A stretch of DNA of 64,000 nucleotides from Terriglobia bacterium (GTDB lineage Bacteria; Acidobacteriota; Terriglobia; 20CM-2-55-15). The notes under the pieces were generated by a model. The model was not told where the DNA came from, searched no databases, and saw only the letters and a list, made by a program, of their open reading frames with translations. Made by a program: the position numbers and the translations under genes. Positions 10,443 through 21,262 of this stretch are shown here, piece by piece. How positions within the stretch are numbered: the stretch's first letter is position 1; each line of letters opens with the position of its first letter. Location of the stretch: NCBI GenBank assembly GCA_963664115.2, contig CAXWPJ010000009.1, forward strand, positions 1,024,001 through 1,088,000. Direction: 5' to 3'.

Positions 10443-11414
10443 TCACAAGTTCATGTTGTATCGGGCTGCGAGCTCCCGATACTCGTCCCTCAAGCGCAAC
10501 CTGTTGCGAACATCGGCGGGCAAAGTGTCCCCCAGGATTTCGCCGTGAGCTGACTCCGTCATCAATCCGGTATCCCTGAGTTCCATGAGAGCGTCGTACA
10601 CGGCGCCTTGAGCAATGTTTTGTACGAGCGCGGGGTACCACATCAATGCAATCCCGGCGGCCCTGGCGTCGGACACGGGTGTTCCCGATGTCATTCTCCC
10701 CATCAGCGGAAGGCCGGCCGCGTTGGCGATCCCGGGAAGGTCGTCGAACGGAACCCTCTGGTACCATAGGGCGTCCGCCCCCGCTTCCGCATAGGCGACG
10801 CCTCTTTCGGTGATGCTTTCGATGCCTTCGGTGATTGGAATCTGGCAGCGCACAGTAATGACCAACTCGGAACGCGCATCGACCGCCGCGTGAATGCGGT
10901 CGACCATTTCGCTCACAGAAAAGAATCCACCACCGAGAGAGCCTCTTCCGTCAACCATGTGCACGGCTCCGAGGCCTGCCTTGTCGAACTCCTGAATGTC
11001 ACGATAGAGGGCCAATGGTGTCGGCCCTTCGTCAGCAACGTCGATCATTATGGGAATATCGACGCTTCCCGCAAGACGTTTTCCGTACTCGATTTTGTAG
11101 CTCCCTCCCGTCAGACCGTAGCCGGGCAGGCCATAGAACTCGTCCACCGCCGAGCCGCCGATAGACAAGGACGGAAAACCCAGGATCTCCGTCATACGCG
11201 CCGTCATCACATCGTACACCGCGATGTTTTGGAACGGTTCGCCCCCTTGAAGCAAACTTCGGAATCGTGCTCCCATCGTTTGCGGCGCCGGCTCCGACTG
11301 CGGTTGGGATAGGGAAACACCACCGGCGAGTGGTTGGCTTGTCGCCACAATCCCCGCAGCCGCCAAACTGGCGCCTTGTATAAACTCGCGTCGACTGGTC
11401 ATTCGAGACATCAT
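10443..11414 (-). CDS. Isocitrate lyase/PEP mutase superfamily protein with a Tat signal
   Basis: SRREFIQ twin-arginine leader. YDVMTAR, DIPIMID and RGVAYAEAGADAL match the ICL/PEPM fold. Confidence 0.75.
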   Translation of the reverse strand: MMSRMTSRREFIQGASLAAAGIVATSQPLAGGVSLSQPQSEPAPQTMGARFRSLLQGGEPFQNIAVYDVMTARMTEILGFPSLSIGGSAVDEFYGLPGYGLTGGSYKIEYGKRLAGSVDIPIMIDVADEGPTPLALYRDIQEFDKAGLGAVHMVDGRGSLGGGFFSVSEMVDRIHAAVDARSELVITVRCQIPITEGIESITERGVAYAEAGADALWYQRVPFDDLPGIANAAGLPLMGRMTSGTPVSDARAAGIALMWYPALVQNIAQGAVYDALMELRDTGLMTESAHGEILGDTLPADVRNRLRLRDEYRELAARYNMNL

Positions 11415-11497
11415 GCATCCCCCTTGTCCGACATTTAGATCTCACCCATCCACCGGAGAGCCTGTGCTGGCCTCGGGTGGCGGGTCAGAGAAAACGG

Positions 11498-12811
11498 TCA
11501 ATAGCGGGCGTCGATCCACCCGGCGACATAGTCGAAAAAATTCGTCACGGAATTCGCGTATTGGCCGGGCGTGGTCTCGCAGCGGGTGCAAGGGCTCCCA
11601 CCGTGAGTGGCGCCTTCGACGACGATGAAGTCCTTGTCATCGCTGGCCGCCATCTCGTAGTGAATCTCGTTGTCGCGTATGAAATAGTGGGCACCCATGG
11701 CTGTAATCAGCAGGGGGATCGTAACGTTGGCAAGCGCGCAGGGCGTCGAGTTGTTGCTGGAGCACCAGTCGATCACGTCCATGGAATCGGTGGCTCGAAT
11801 CGCGCTGGCGCTGAGGAACGAACGAACGGTGAGCAGGAGCGTGCCGGGATCGAAACTCGCGTTGGACTCGGCCCGGTCGCGGAAGGTTGGGCGGACGCTT
11901 TCTACAATCCGGGTCGCGATGGTGCCGTCATTTTGCAACAGTTTCTGAGGATTGAGAGTGCTGTGATGGACGCGGGTATCGAGTCGCAACAGCCGGGCGC
12001 CTTCGCCGCGCACGACTAAGAAAATGTCATCGTCGGGATAGGGCGTCTGGGCGCTCTTCATGCGCTGCAGTTTTTCGAGCGCCACGTCGATCAAGCGGTT
12101 CATGCGATCGGCCTGGGCTTTGAAATATGTTTGCTTGAACTCGTCCGAGTAGTTCGAATTCCCGTTCCGATTGTAGCCGTTGCCTGGATTGAAGGGGTCG
12201 AGCGCGGGGTCGATGCGGCGGGGATCGTTCTCGTCCAGCACCGCCGGGTTGATGCTGCGCAGGGCGTTGACCGAGATGCCCGGATGAGCGTCCATCAGGA
12301 TCAGGCCGTCGGCGCTGGGCAGACCGCTGAGATCAGCAGGGCATTCGACGAGCTTGTTCGCTCCCTGGCAATAGGACGGCCCTTGCTCCGCAACCGCCTG
12401 ATAAAAACTTGTCGCCGGGCCGCCGCCGCTGTGTCCGAACAAAATGACCCTGGTGATTCCTGGCTGCCTGCGAAGGAATTCAATGCCGCTTCGGATGTCG
12501 AGAGCGTTGCGCTCGAAATCCACGGCGGTCTCGTTGTTGTCCGAGCGCGGATTCATACCGAGCACCATGAAGCCGCGGCTGGATAGCTCCCGCGTGGCGA
12601 GGTGCGACAGGAAGTTCGATGTGCGGTGCGTCAGCAACACGGCGACGTGGGGAGCCGGTCCGGAATCGGGCTGATAGAGCGCGCCCTTGACGGCGCCGGG
12701 GCTGAACTGGACATAGAGCGGATTGTTCTGCGGCAAGGCTAGATTGGCAGAGCCGAGAAGGAAGATGCAGACGATGCAAACGGACGTAAACAAACGGGTG
12801 AATAAATTCAC
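11498..12811 (-). CDS. Secreted alpha/beta hydrolase
   Basis: GGAGG RBS with GTG start, signal peptide, GHSGGG nucleophile elbow, C-terminal EGATH. Confidence 0.8.
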   Translation of the reverse strand: MNLFTRLFTSVCIVCIFLLGSANLALPQNNPLYVQFSPGAVKGALYQPDSGPAPHVAVLLTHRTSNFLSHLATRELSSRGFMVLGMNPRSDNNETAVDFERNALDIRSGIEFLRRQPGITRVILFGHSGGGPATSFYQAVAEQGPSYCQGANKLVECPADLSGLPSADGLILMDAHPGISVNALRSINPAVLDENDPRRIDPALDPFNPGNGYNRNGNSNYSDEFKQTYFKAQADRMNRLIDVALEKLQRMKSAQTPYPDDDIFLVVRGEGARLLRLDTRVHHSTLNPQKLLQNDGTIATRIVESVRPTFRDRAESNASFDPGTLLLTVRSFLSASAIRATDSMDVIDWCSSNNSTPCALANVTIPLLITAMGAHYFIRDNEIHYEMAASDDKDFIVVEGATHGGSPCTRCETTPGQYANSVTNFFDYVAGWIDARY

Positions 12812-12872
12812 AATGGACCTCCGGGAATCCAGGGGAATTTTTGTCCGAATTATTCTGGCGACGTAGGGCGGT

Positions 12873-13298
12873 CTACGGTCTGATGATGTAACCCGTCAGG
12901 GTTTGCTCGCGGTGAAACTCGTGGCAGCTACCGCAGTGGTCCCTGATAGATGAATATGACTCCTGCGCCGCTTCAACATCTCCGTCGCCCACCCTCGCGG
13001 CGACGGCTGCGACGGCCTCTCGGGCCCCTCTTGCGGCACCGATCGCGTCCTCGGTTTGGAAGCGGGCCCAAAACGCCTCAGTTTCTCTGAACAGTCCTTC
13101 TAATCTGGCAGCATCTTCAGCAACCGCCGGAGCCTCACTCGCCTCCAGATTTTCGCCGAGGCTTCGGTAGGTTGCCTGAACATCCTTCATTATTTCGTCA
13201 TGGGGCCGGCCCTGATAGGGACCGTCCTGGGCGAATACGGTGGCTCCCGCTAACACCCCGGAAGCAACGATAAAAACTAAAGCAAAGTACCGATTCAT
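12873..13298 (-). CDS. Cytochrome c'-like (class II) periplasmic cytochrome
   Basis: Signal peptide MNRYFALVFIVA, Ala-rich helical body, single C-terminal CGSCH heme motif. Confidence 0.75.
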   Translation of the reverse strand: MNRYFALVFIVASGVLAGATVFAQDGPYQGRPHDEIMKDVQATYRSLGENLEASEAPAVAEDAARLEGLFRETEAFWARFQTEDAIGAARGAREAVAAVAARVGDGDVEAAQESYSSIRDHCGSCHEFHREQTLTGYIIRP

Positions 13299-14048
13299 CT
13301 TTCGCCTGCCTATAGCCGTCTGACCCCTACGAGGTCTTCGGCCGGAAATATAAACGTGTGTAGTAGAACGGCCCGGGAAGCCTTCTGGCTTCCTTCCTGA
13401 GAGCTTGGCGAGACAAGCTTTGCTCACGTTTCACGTTTGTGTCAAGAGAAACTCGTTGGGCAGATTGCTTGGAATTGCTCAACGCTCGATGACTGCGATC
13501 GGGCCCGAATCCGCAAGTTCACCCCTCGCGTCGTCCGTTATGTCCGCATCACTGACGGTCTCTAAAGTCGTCATTAGACAACTGTTCCCGAAAACCTCAA
13601 TTGTTGTTTGCAGGAATCCGTTCATCCCAGACATAAGGTAGCTTCATCGACAGCGAACCATGTGAAGGCGGTCTGGGGGCACCCCAGTGGCCCGTTTGTC
13701 GATTAATCCCGACGGGTCCCACATGATGGGAGGCGTGCGATGGGACAGAGCTTAACAGGAAGTAAAATCAATGACTTACACAAACGATTTGCGGGTCGGC
13801 GGTCACCACAAATCGTTTATCAGCACCCTGCCCGATGCTCCAGGCCACGCTTGAGCCGTCATCGGCGACCCCAAAACAGACCATTCAGAGGTGGCTTGAC
13901 TGATGCCCGAATCGCCATCGAATGTTTCAGTCGAACAGCATCCTTGACAAGGCAGGCGACGCACGATATCGTTCCGAAAGTTGTGTCTTGACAGTTAAAC
14001 TGTCGACCTATTTTAGTGGGCGGTGAAATTCGATACCGTGGAGGAGAA

Positions 14049-17000
14049 ATGAAACTGAGTTTCAGGCTTTTGTCAACAACCTGTTTTGTCCTGTTATTTT
14101 CCTGCGTTTCAGTGTTTGCGCAGACGACGGCTCAATTGAACGGCAGGGTCGAGGACCCGACCGGAGCGAGGCTGCCGGGCGTCGAGGTCACGGCCACGCA
14201 AATCGATACGGGCGTTACCCGGCTCGTCGTAACCAATGAGACGGGCAGCTACACCCTGCCGAGCCTTCCGCTCGGACCGTATCAGTTAGAGGCAACCCTT
14301 CCGGGGTTCAGCACTTTCCTGCAGTCCGGAATCGTGCTGGCAGTCGGTAGCAGTCCAAACATCATTATTACCCTGGAAGTGGGCCAGGTGGCCCAGACGA
14401 TAGAAGTGACGGCCTCTGCCGCTCTGGTGGAAACCCGGACCCTGGGCATCGGGGAACTCGTCGCAAGCGAGCGCATCCTGGACCTGCCGCTCAACGGACG
14501 TAATGTGACCCAGCTCATCCTTCTGGCCGGCGGGGCCGTCCAGACGGAATTGGATAGCCCTCATAGGCAACCCAGAGGCGCGGTGGAAATGTCTGTCGGC
14601 GGCGGCGCCGAGGGCACGACAATGTACTCGCTGGACGGGGCCATTCACGTCGATCCCCACAACCTCAACAACCTGCCCATGCCTTTCCCCGACGCGCTCC
14701 AGGAGTTCAAAGTGGAGTCGAGCGCAACCTCCCCGGCCGCGGGGACGTTTTCGGGCGCGTGGGTGAATGCGGTGACCCGATCGGGCACGAACGCATTTCA
14801 CGGCAGCGCGTTTGAGTTTGTGCGCAACGATGCGTTAAACGCCCGGAGCTATTACGCAAGCGAGGGAGACACGCTCAAGCGCAACCAGTACGGCGGCACG
14901 ATCGGAGGGCCCATCGTGCCGAACAAGCTGTTCTTCTTTTTCGGTGCCCAGCTGACCACCCTTCGCACGGATCCGACCGACCAGATCAAGACCGTGCTCA
15001 ATACCGACATGGTCAACGGCGACTTCAGCACGTTCATGGGGCCCACGTGCAGGTCAAGGCCGGAACAACTCAACCAGAACGGAACCGAAGGCGGCCTCTT
15101 CTTCGATGACAACAACCGAGTCCTGCCCGGAGCCCCGTTCAGTGTCGTCGCGCGGACTCTCATGACGCGACCGGACTGGCCGGGAGACCAAGCCGACGAG
15201 TGCGGCATCCTCCGATACGGACAGAGGGAAATCCAGGACCAGAACAACGTGGTCACCCGTATCGACTATCAGATAACCGACAACCACTCGCTGTTCGGGC
15301 GTTATCTGGGCGACTTCTACAACGAGCCCAACGCCTACGCACTGGAAGGCGGGGTTAACATTCTGCACAACGAACGCAGTGGGGAAGGCTTCAACAATGG
15401 CGCCACCTCATATGCCATAGGTTTGACATCTCTGTTGGGTCCGAGCATGGTCAACTCTTTCAGCATGGGGGTGAACCGCCACTCAATCGTCCGTTTTGTG
15501 GCCGATACGGGCACACCGGACGATTATGGGGCCAATACATTCGCTTATCCCGTGATCTACCCGGGGGCGGATACCTTCAAGTGGGACAATGACGAGTTCG
15601 ACCTTGGATCCCGCACCGGACCCATTACCACCATGACCTATTCGATCGGCAATAATGTCAGCCTTGTACGGGGCGACCACCAGTTCACCATTGGCGGGAC
15701 CTATGCGCACTGGAGAAACTATTCCCGATCCCAGGCCCATTCCGCGGGCACGTTCACCACGGACGACTTCTTTACCGATGAGATCCTCGCGGACTTTTAC
15801 TTTGGAGCCATCGACTCCTTCCGCCAGGCGACACCGATCGAAGACGACTCGAGTCAGGACCATCTGGGATTGTTTTTCTCCGACACCTGGCAGGCGACGG
15901 ACAACCTGACTTTGAATCTCGGCGTGCGCTGGGAGCCCCGGATTCAACTGGTCATGCGGTCCGGCCACAACGTGAATTTCGACGTAGATCGATATAATGC
16001 CCGACAGTCGAGTTCCATATTCGTGAACTCGCCCTACGGCCTGGTCTTCCCCGGCGAATCCGGATATGCGGGCAACAACTCGTGCCGCGACAATGGAGTC
16101 TGCCTGGGGTCGGGCTTTAACAATCGCTATAACCAGTTCGCGCCGCGCGTGGGTTTTGCCTGGGATGTTGCCGGGGACGGCCGCACCGCGCTTCGCGGCG
16201 GCTTCGGCATCGCCTACGACATATTGAGAATGTCGTCCCACATCGGCGAGCAGATGACGCCATGGCAGCCGGATATCCGACTCTCGAGTGTCTTTATCGA
16301 TGACCCCTATGCCGACTTTGAAGGTGGCAATCCATTCCCGACACCGTTCGTGACCAACAACGACACCGATTTCGACGGTTTCCAGCCGGGGACCGTGATC
16401 ACGCATAACCCGGATGCGAAGTCGGAGACCAAGTATCTGTGGAACCTCAGCATCCAGCACCAGCTGGGCGATGACATGATGGTCGAGGCGACCTACATCG
16501 GTAACCGGTCGGTGCACATCTGGGACAACACGGAACTCAATCCTCAGATTTACATTCCCGGCGTCGGCGACGCCAACGGGAACTGTTTCTATGAAGGACA
16601 CGTGGCGTTCCAGGTTCGCGCGGGCCGCGACTGTTCCTCGAGCAGGAATCGCGACGACCGCCGCGTGTTTGGTCTCGCCCACCCGGATCTGGACACCACC
16701 CAGGGGCTGCTTCGCGCGCGGATGCCTCGACGCGGGGATCAGAACGCGGCGAGCTATAACGGGATGATTCTCAGATTCCAGCGCCGCGGTACGAGCGGTG
16801 TGGGTATCAATGCGAACTACACCTGGTCGCACGCCATCAGTACCGATTGGGACCGCTTTGCGCGGATCGGGGGCAACGTCAGGTCCGCGGGCGTTGATCC
16901 CTTCGTGCGGGAAATCGCCAGGTACAATAGCGATGCCGACCGCCGGCACATCTTTAATGCCTCCATCATCGCCGAGTCGCCGCAGTTTGCCAATAACACG

Positions 17001-17453
17001 CTGCGCATGATCGGATCCGACTGGAAGGCTTCGCTCATATACAGACTGCAGTCGGGCGAATGGCTCTCGATCGATGGCGGCTCCGACACCATGAGGGACG
17101 GCGGTCGCGAGCGGGCCGTCCAGCTCCAGGACGATGCGTACGGGAACCGCTCGACACGAGGGAATGGCTACTTCAATGAGGACGCCTTCGAGAGACCGGG
17201 TACGGGCACCTATGGCACCGTGGGCCGGGCCAGCGTCGAAGGTCCCGGAACCTGGGCGATGGACATGTCGCTCGCCCGGACATTCGCATTGGCCGAAACC
17301 CAGAACCTGGAGTTTCGAGTCGAAGCGTTCAACCTGACGAATAGTTTCCGGCCGTTGAACCCGGGGACGCGCATAGGCCGGAGTAATTTTGGCCGGATCG
17401 ACGAATCCCGTGATCCGAGAATCTTTCAGTTCGCTCTGAAGTACATCTTCTAG
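14049..17453 (+). CDS. Oar-like TonB-dependent receptor with N-terminal carboxypeptidase-regulatory-like domain
   Basis: Signal peptide, GRVEDPTGARLPGVEV, LPLNGRN, PFPDALQEFKV, LKRNQYGGT, C-terminal FALKYIF. Confidence 0.92.
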   Translation: MKLSFRLLSTTCFVLLFSCVSVFAQTTAQLNGRVEDPTGARLPGVEVTATQIDTGVTRLVVTNETGSYTLPSLPLGPYQLEATLPGFSTFLQSGIVLAVGSSPNIIITLEVGQVAQTIEVTASAALVETRTLGIGELVASERILDLPLNGRNVTQLILLAGGAVQTELDSPHRQPRGAVEMSVGGGAEGTTMYSLDGAIHVDPHNLNNLPMPFPDALQEFKVESSATSPAAGTFSGAWVNAVTRSGTNAFHGSAFEFVRNDALNARSYYASEGDTLKRNQYGGTIGGPIVPNKLFFFFGAQLTTLRTDPTDQIKTVLNTDMVNGDFSTFMGPTCRSRPEQLNQNGTEGGLFFDDNNRVLPGAPFSVVARTLMTRPDWPGDQADECGILRYGQREIQDQNNVVTRIDYQITDNHSLFGRYLGDFYNEPNAYALEGGVNILHNERSGEGFNNGATSYAIGLTSLLGPSMVNSFSMGVNRHSIVRFVADTGTPDDYGANTFAYPVIYPGADTFKWDNDEFDLGSRTGPITTMTYSIGNNVSLVRGDHQFTIGGTYAHWRNYSRSQAHSAGTFTTDDFFTDEILADFYFGAIDSFRQATPIEDDSSQDHLGLFFSDTWQATDNLTLNLGVRWEPRIQLVMRSGHNVNFDVDRYNARQSSSIFVNSPYGLVFPGESGYAGNNSCRDNGVCLGSGFNNRYNQFAPRVGFAWDVAGDGRTALRGGFGIAYDILRMSSHIGEQMTPWQPDIRLSSVFIDDPYADFEGGNPFPTPFVTNNDTDFDGFQPGTVITHNPDAKSETKYLWNLSIQHQLGDDMMVEATYIGNRSVHIWDNTELNPQIYIPGVGDANGNCFYEGHVAFQVRAGRDCSSSRNRDDRRVFGLAHPDLDTTQGLLRARMPRRGDQNAASYNGMILRFQRRGTSGVGINANYTWSHAISTDWDRFARIGGNVRSAGVDPFVREIARYNSDADRRHIFNASIIAESPQFANNTLRMIGSDWKASLIYRLQSGEWLSIDGGSDTMRDGGRERAVQLQDDAYGNRSTRGNGYFNEDAFERPGTGTYGTVGRASVEGPGTWAMDMSLARTFALAETQNLEFRVEAFNLTNSFRPLNPGTRIGRSNFGRIDESRDPRIFQFALKYIF

Positions 17454-17657
17454 TCGGCTGACGACTATCGACGGCGCGGGAGGCATCTCCCGCGCTGTTA
17501 TTTCGTAAGAATCAATCCGAGTCTGGGAAGCCTGCCGGTCCCGGCCCGAAGGGGTTCCACACATCTTGATTCGAGCCGGTCCAGAATCATCGTCACTCGA
17601 AATCTGGACATTCTGTCAACTACGACCACAAAATCATGCGTTTTTGCCTCAAAGTTG

Positions 17658-17690
17658 TTGACAGTAGATCAGATAAGATTTATTAATAGG
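17658..17690 (+). promoter_or_regulatory. Putative sigma70 promoter for the DUF1549-DUF1501-FGE operon
   Basis: TTGACA at 17658 and TATTAA(T) at 17681 with a 17-nt spacer, in an AT-rich region. Confidence 0.4.
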
Positions 17691-17758
17691 GAGTAGAATT
17701 CCAAAAATTTTCAGTGCTATTTCTGGTGTCGTCGAGTTAATCTTGCTGATGTCGAAAG

Positions 17759-17815
17759 TTGCCGAGAGTTGCCGAGAAAATTGTCGAGATAGTTATCGAG
17801 AAAGTTATCGAGAAA
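17759..17815. repeat. Five imperfect 10-12-bp tandem repeats, core TTRYCGAGA
   Basis: TTGCCGAGAG, TTGCCGAGAAAA, TTGTCGAGATAG, TTATCGAGAAAG, TTATCGAGAAA. Confidence 0.8.
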
Positions 17816-17846
17816 TTGACGCCCCGCATCCCGTAGGAGGATAAGT

Positions 17847-19697
17847 ATGAAACCCGCGAAGTTGATGGTAATGGTCACGATGGTGTTGGGTCTGTCGCTG
17901 CTTGTAGTCGCACAGAACCCGCCGCAAGTGAATAGCGAACGTGACGATCTTTTAGAGGCCGCGCACGCACCCGTGTTCTCGACCCAGGATGCGGCGGCAG
18001 AGGCTGGCAGGCTGACGGAAGCCGCCTCTCGGGCCATACCGGGCACCGGGGCTGCCTATGAGCCGATCGCACGAAAAAACTACATCGACGATTTCATCTT
18101 CGGAAGGATTGAAGACGACAACATTCCGCATGCGCCCCTCGCGACAGATGCGAAGTTTCTACGACGGGCGTACCTGGATGCGACGGGACTTCTGCCTTCG
18201 GTGGATGAGGCGCGGGCGTTCCTGAGCGACACCGATCCGAATAAACGCGATAAGTTGATCGACGCCTTAGTCGGCACCGAGGCGTATGCGGAACAGTGGG
18301 CGTATCACTATGGCGAGGTGTTCAGAACGGACGACACGAGTTTTCACCTCTGGACAAAGGAATGGATCTGGGCTGACCGGCCCTATGACGAAGTCTTTTA
18401 TGACATCGTGACGCCCACCACCAAGAGCGCGGCGACTCTGCCGCAGGCTCAATATTATGATCCTGCCGCCTACATTGCCAATCGGTGCATCATCTGGACC
18501 GACGCTGACCACTTGAAAGGATTTAACCGGCTGGATTGGATTGACGAGGTCACGTCCGACCTTGGGCGGGTGTTCCTTGGCATCACCATGGACTGCTTTT
18601 CCTGCCACAACGGTGCGGGGCACGCGGACACCTTCAATCTGTTCCTGGCCAGCCAGAGGAGAACCGACTTCTGGCAGCAGGCGGCATTCTTTGGGACACT
18701 GCGGCCCGTAGGCAACGCGGGTAGCTCGGCCGGGGCCCAGTTCCAGAATGGTCAGTCGAGCTTCGACGATTTTGCCGGCGGTTACAACACGGGCCTCGAC
18801 GGAAATTTTGTCACCGTTTCGGAGAATCGTTTCCCGCGCGATGGCCGCACCTACGAGCCGGCTTTCCTGCTGACCGGAGAGACGCCGAGAGAGGGCGAGA
18901 ATCCGCGTAAGGCTTTAGGCCGAATCATGCCGACCCATGTCCAGTTTGCGCGGGCAGCGGTCAACCTCATTTGGAAGAAGTTGATGGTGGTGGGTCTGGT
19001 TGAGCCCTACGACGGCTTTGATCTGCTCCGTTTGGATCCGGCCAATCCGCCGCCGGAGCCGTGGACGATTCAGCCGTCCAATCCGGCTTTGTTGGAAGCA
19101 CTGGCCGCGGATTTTCGCGACAACGGCCTCAAACTCCAACACATGATCAAGACGATTATGAAATCCAACGCTTACCAGCTTTCCACCCGCTTTGAGGGGG
19201 AATGGCAGGATGGCTATAGTGCTTACCATGCGCGCCGATTCGCCCGTATTTTGACGGGTCCGGAGGCTGCCGATATCATGTCGCAGGCCACCGGTTCTCC
19301 ATTCGAGAACGGTTATGTCAAGTCTCAAACTCTGCCCAACAGAGCGGGGCGTGATATTTCGAACTTCATGTCGGCGTACTACCAGGGTGGCCGCGAAGCG
19401 CCGCCGGTCGATAAGACCATGGCCACTCCGATGCAGGCCATGATGATGATGAGTTCGATTGTCGTTACCGATCGCGTCACATCCCAGGGTGATACGCGCG
19501 TTGCGAATTTGCTGGCGTCGGACCTGTCGGACGAGGACGCCATCGAGGAATTGTTCCTGGCCGGTCTTACACGTTATCCGGGGGCCGAGGAGGTGACGGT
19601 GGCGAATCGCGTCATTGCCGCAAGAGGCAGGGCGCAGGGCCTCGAGGAGATTCAGTGGTCGGTGTTGAACTCGCCGGAGTTCCTGCTGAATCATTGA
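17847..19697 (+). CDS. DUF1549/DUF1553 (PSD1-type) secreted protein
   Basis: NYIDDFI, FLRRAYLDATG, KRDKLIDAL, VFLGITMDCFSCH, PSNPALLEALAADF, C-terminal LNSPEFLLNH. Confidence 0.88.
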   Translation: MKPAKLMVMVTMVLGLSLLVVAQNPPQVNSERDDLLEAAHAPVFSTQDAAAEAGRLTEAASRAIPGTGAAYEPIARKNYIDDFIFGRIEDDNIPHAPLATDAKFLRRAYLDATGLLPSVDEARAFLSDTDPNKRDKLIDALVGTEAYAEQWAYHYGEVFRTDDTSFHLWTKEWIWADRPYDEVFYDIVTPTTKSAATLPQAQYYDPAAYIANRCIIWTDADHLKGFNRLDWIDEVTSDLGRVFLGITMDCFSCHNGAGHADTFNLFLASQRRTDFWQQAAFFGTLRPVGNAGSSAGAQFQNGQSSFDDFAGGYNTGLDGNFVTVSENRFPRDGRTYEPAFLLTGETPREGENPRKALGRIMPTHVQFARAAVNLIWKKLMVVGLVEPYDGFDLLRLDPANPPPEPWTIQPSNPALLEALAADFRDNGLKLQHMIKTIMKSNAYQLSTRFEGEWQDGYSAYHARRFARILTGPEAADIMSQATGSPFENGYVKSQTLPNRAGRDISNFMSAYYQGGREAPPVDKTMATPMQAMMMMSSIVVTDRVTSQGDTRVANLLASDLSDEDAIEELFLAGLTRYPGAEEVTVANRVIAARGRAQGLEEIQWSVLNSPEFLLNH

Positions 19698-19803
19698 TGG
19701 ACTTGATTGAAAGGTGGGTGGCTTCGTTCTCAAGCGGAGCCACTCTTAGGCTGTCGTAAACCGTCAGACAATGGGTAATCTTTTTGGAGCGAGGAGAGAA
19801 ATA

Positions 19804-21258
19804 ATGGGACGAATAGGGGACTTGAGCCGTCGAGACATGTTGAAATTATTTGGTGTGAGCGTGGCGGGGTCGCTCGCCGGAGTCACATACCCAACCCAGC
19901 TTCGCGCACAAAGTTCCCGGGTGACCCCTTTAGGGACGGCGCGCAACTGTATCGTGATTCAGAACAACGGCGCACCGAGTCCGCCGGAGTTCTTAGACTT
20001 TAAGGAAACCAAATATACGGCGAACGATCTGGATCCCCAGGTCGTCGCTGGAAATTCGGATTTCATTCTGTCGAAGACACTCCTTCCGAGAATGGACGTG
20101 TGGGCGCCGCATGCTGCCGTGGTTCGAGGAATGAAGGGCGTCGCGCTGGTACACTTTCCGGCGCAATACCACGTACAGGCAGGCCGCGCGTTCAATCCCG
20201 CTCTTGTCAGGGAGATTCCGGCATTGGGCAGCGTCATCGCCAGGGACCTCGAGCCCCAGCGCCGGGAGTCGGATACATTCCCCACCTATATCAGCTTCGA
20301 TCTGGACATCGCTCGCTGCCCGCCCATCGGAACCGGGATGTTGCCGCCAAAATATGCCGGCCTCGATCTGACCACGGGCACGATCCTGGAAACCTTCGGC
20401 GGCGGGGGTGAGAACACCGACAAATCGGAGGTGTTGTCCCAACGCTACGAGACTCTGGGCCGGATGTTAGAAGTGTCATCGATGGGAAATGACGCTTTAG
20501 GCTCCAAGGCCGGAGAGTACGTGGCGTCCTACGATTCGGCAATCCAGCTCCTGATGGATCCGCGGTTTCAGCAAGTATTGGATGTGACCGATGAGGAAAA
20601 GCAGCGTTATGGCGTGGATGCGAATCGCGCCCGGTCGAACTTTGGTTTGGGCATGCTGCTGGCCCGGAATGTGCTGAAAGCCGACGCCGGCTCTCGATTC
20701 TTATGGGTCTGCAACTCCACCAACGGCGGAAACGGTCAATTCGACAACCATGACGTTCTCTACGACCGGGAAGCATCTTTGACCGGTGGCCGTGTATCCG
20801 TATACCAAAGCCTCCCCAGGTTTGATATGGCGCTGGCGAGCCTGGTTGAAGATTTGATCGCCATGCCTGGGCACGAGGCCGGAAAGACGGCGTTTGATGA
20901 AACCCTGATCGTCGTGGTCACCGAGTTCGGGCGCACGCCGGACATGAATCCCCATGGCGGCCGCGATCACTATATTGAGACCTACCCGATGATGTTATTG
21001 GGCGGAGGCGTCAAGGGCGGACGGGTTCTGGGCAAGACGGACGAAACGGGCGGCAAGGTGATCGACACGGGCTGGAATTTCAGAGAACAGACCATGATGG
21101 ATCACATGACGTCAACCATCCATTCGGCCCTGGGCACCGATTACAGCAGCGTCATCGAAGACACGCCTTCCGGACGCGCCTATGAGTATCAACAGACCGC
21201 TCCACTCGGTGGACCTTCGTTTATCCCGCTGAGCGGATTCGAGGATCTATTCATCTAA
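19804..21258 (+). CDS. DUF1501 domain protein with a Tat signal
   Basis: SRRDMLK leader, FDNH, ETLIVVVTEFGRTP, GRDH, GGGVKGGRVLGKTD. Confidence 0.88.
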   Translation: MGRIGDLSRRDMLKLFGVSVAGSLAGVTYPTQLRAQSSRVTPLGTARNCIVIQNNGAPSPPEFLDFKETKYTANDLDPQVVAGNSDFILSKTLLPRMDVWAPHAAVVRGMKGVALVHFPAQYHVQAGRAFNPALVREIPALGSVIARDLEPQRRESDTFPTYISFDLDIARCPPIGTGMLPPKYAGLDLTTGTILETFGGGGENTDKSEVLSQRYETLGRMLEVSSMGNDALGSKAGEYVASYDSAIQLLMDPRFQQVLDVTDEEKQRYGVDANRARSNFGLGMLLARNVLKADAGSRFLWVCNSTNGGNGQFDNHDVLYDREASLTGGRVSVYQSLPRFDMALASLVEDLIAMPGHEAGKTAFDETLIVVVTEFGRTPDMNPHGGRDHYIETYPMMLLGGGVKGGRVLGKTDETGGKVIDTGWNFREQTMMDHMTSTIHSALGTDYSSVIEDTPSGRAYEYQQTAPLGGPSFIPLSGFEDLFI

Positions 21259-21262
21259 GACT

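Noticed and set aside
15483-17564. Long antisense ORFs (for example 15483-17564, 42553-44445, 27796-29142, 56813-58171)
   Set aside because: These are shadow frames opposite well-supported genes in GC-rich DNA and have no recognisable motifs.
17614-17663. TGTCAAC...GTTGACA inverted repeat as IS ends
   Set aside because: It spans only 50 bp with no transposase trace and is more simply read as -35-like boxes.
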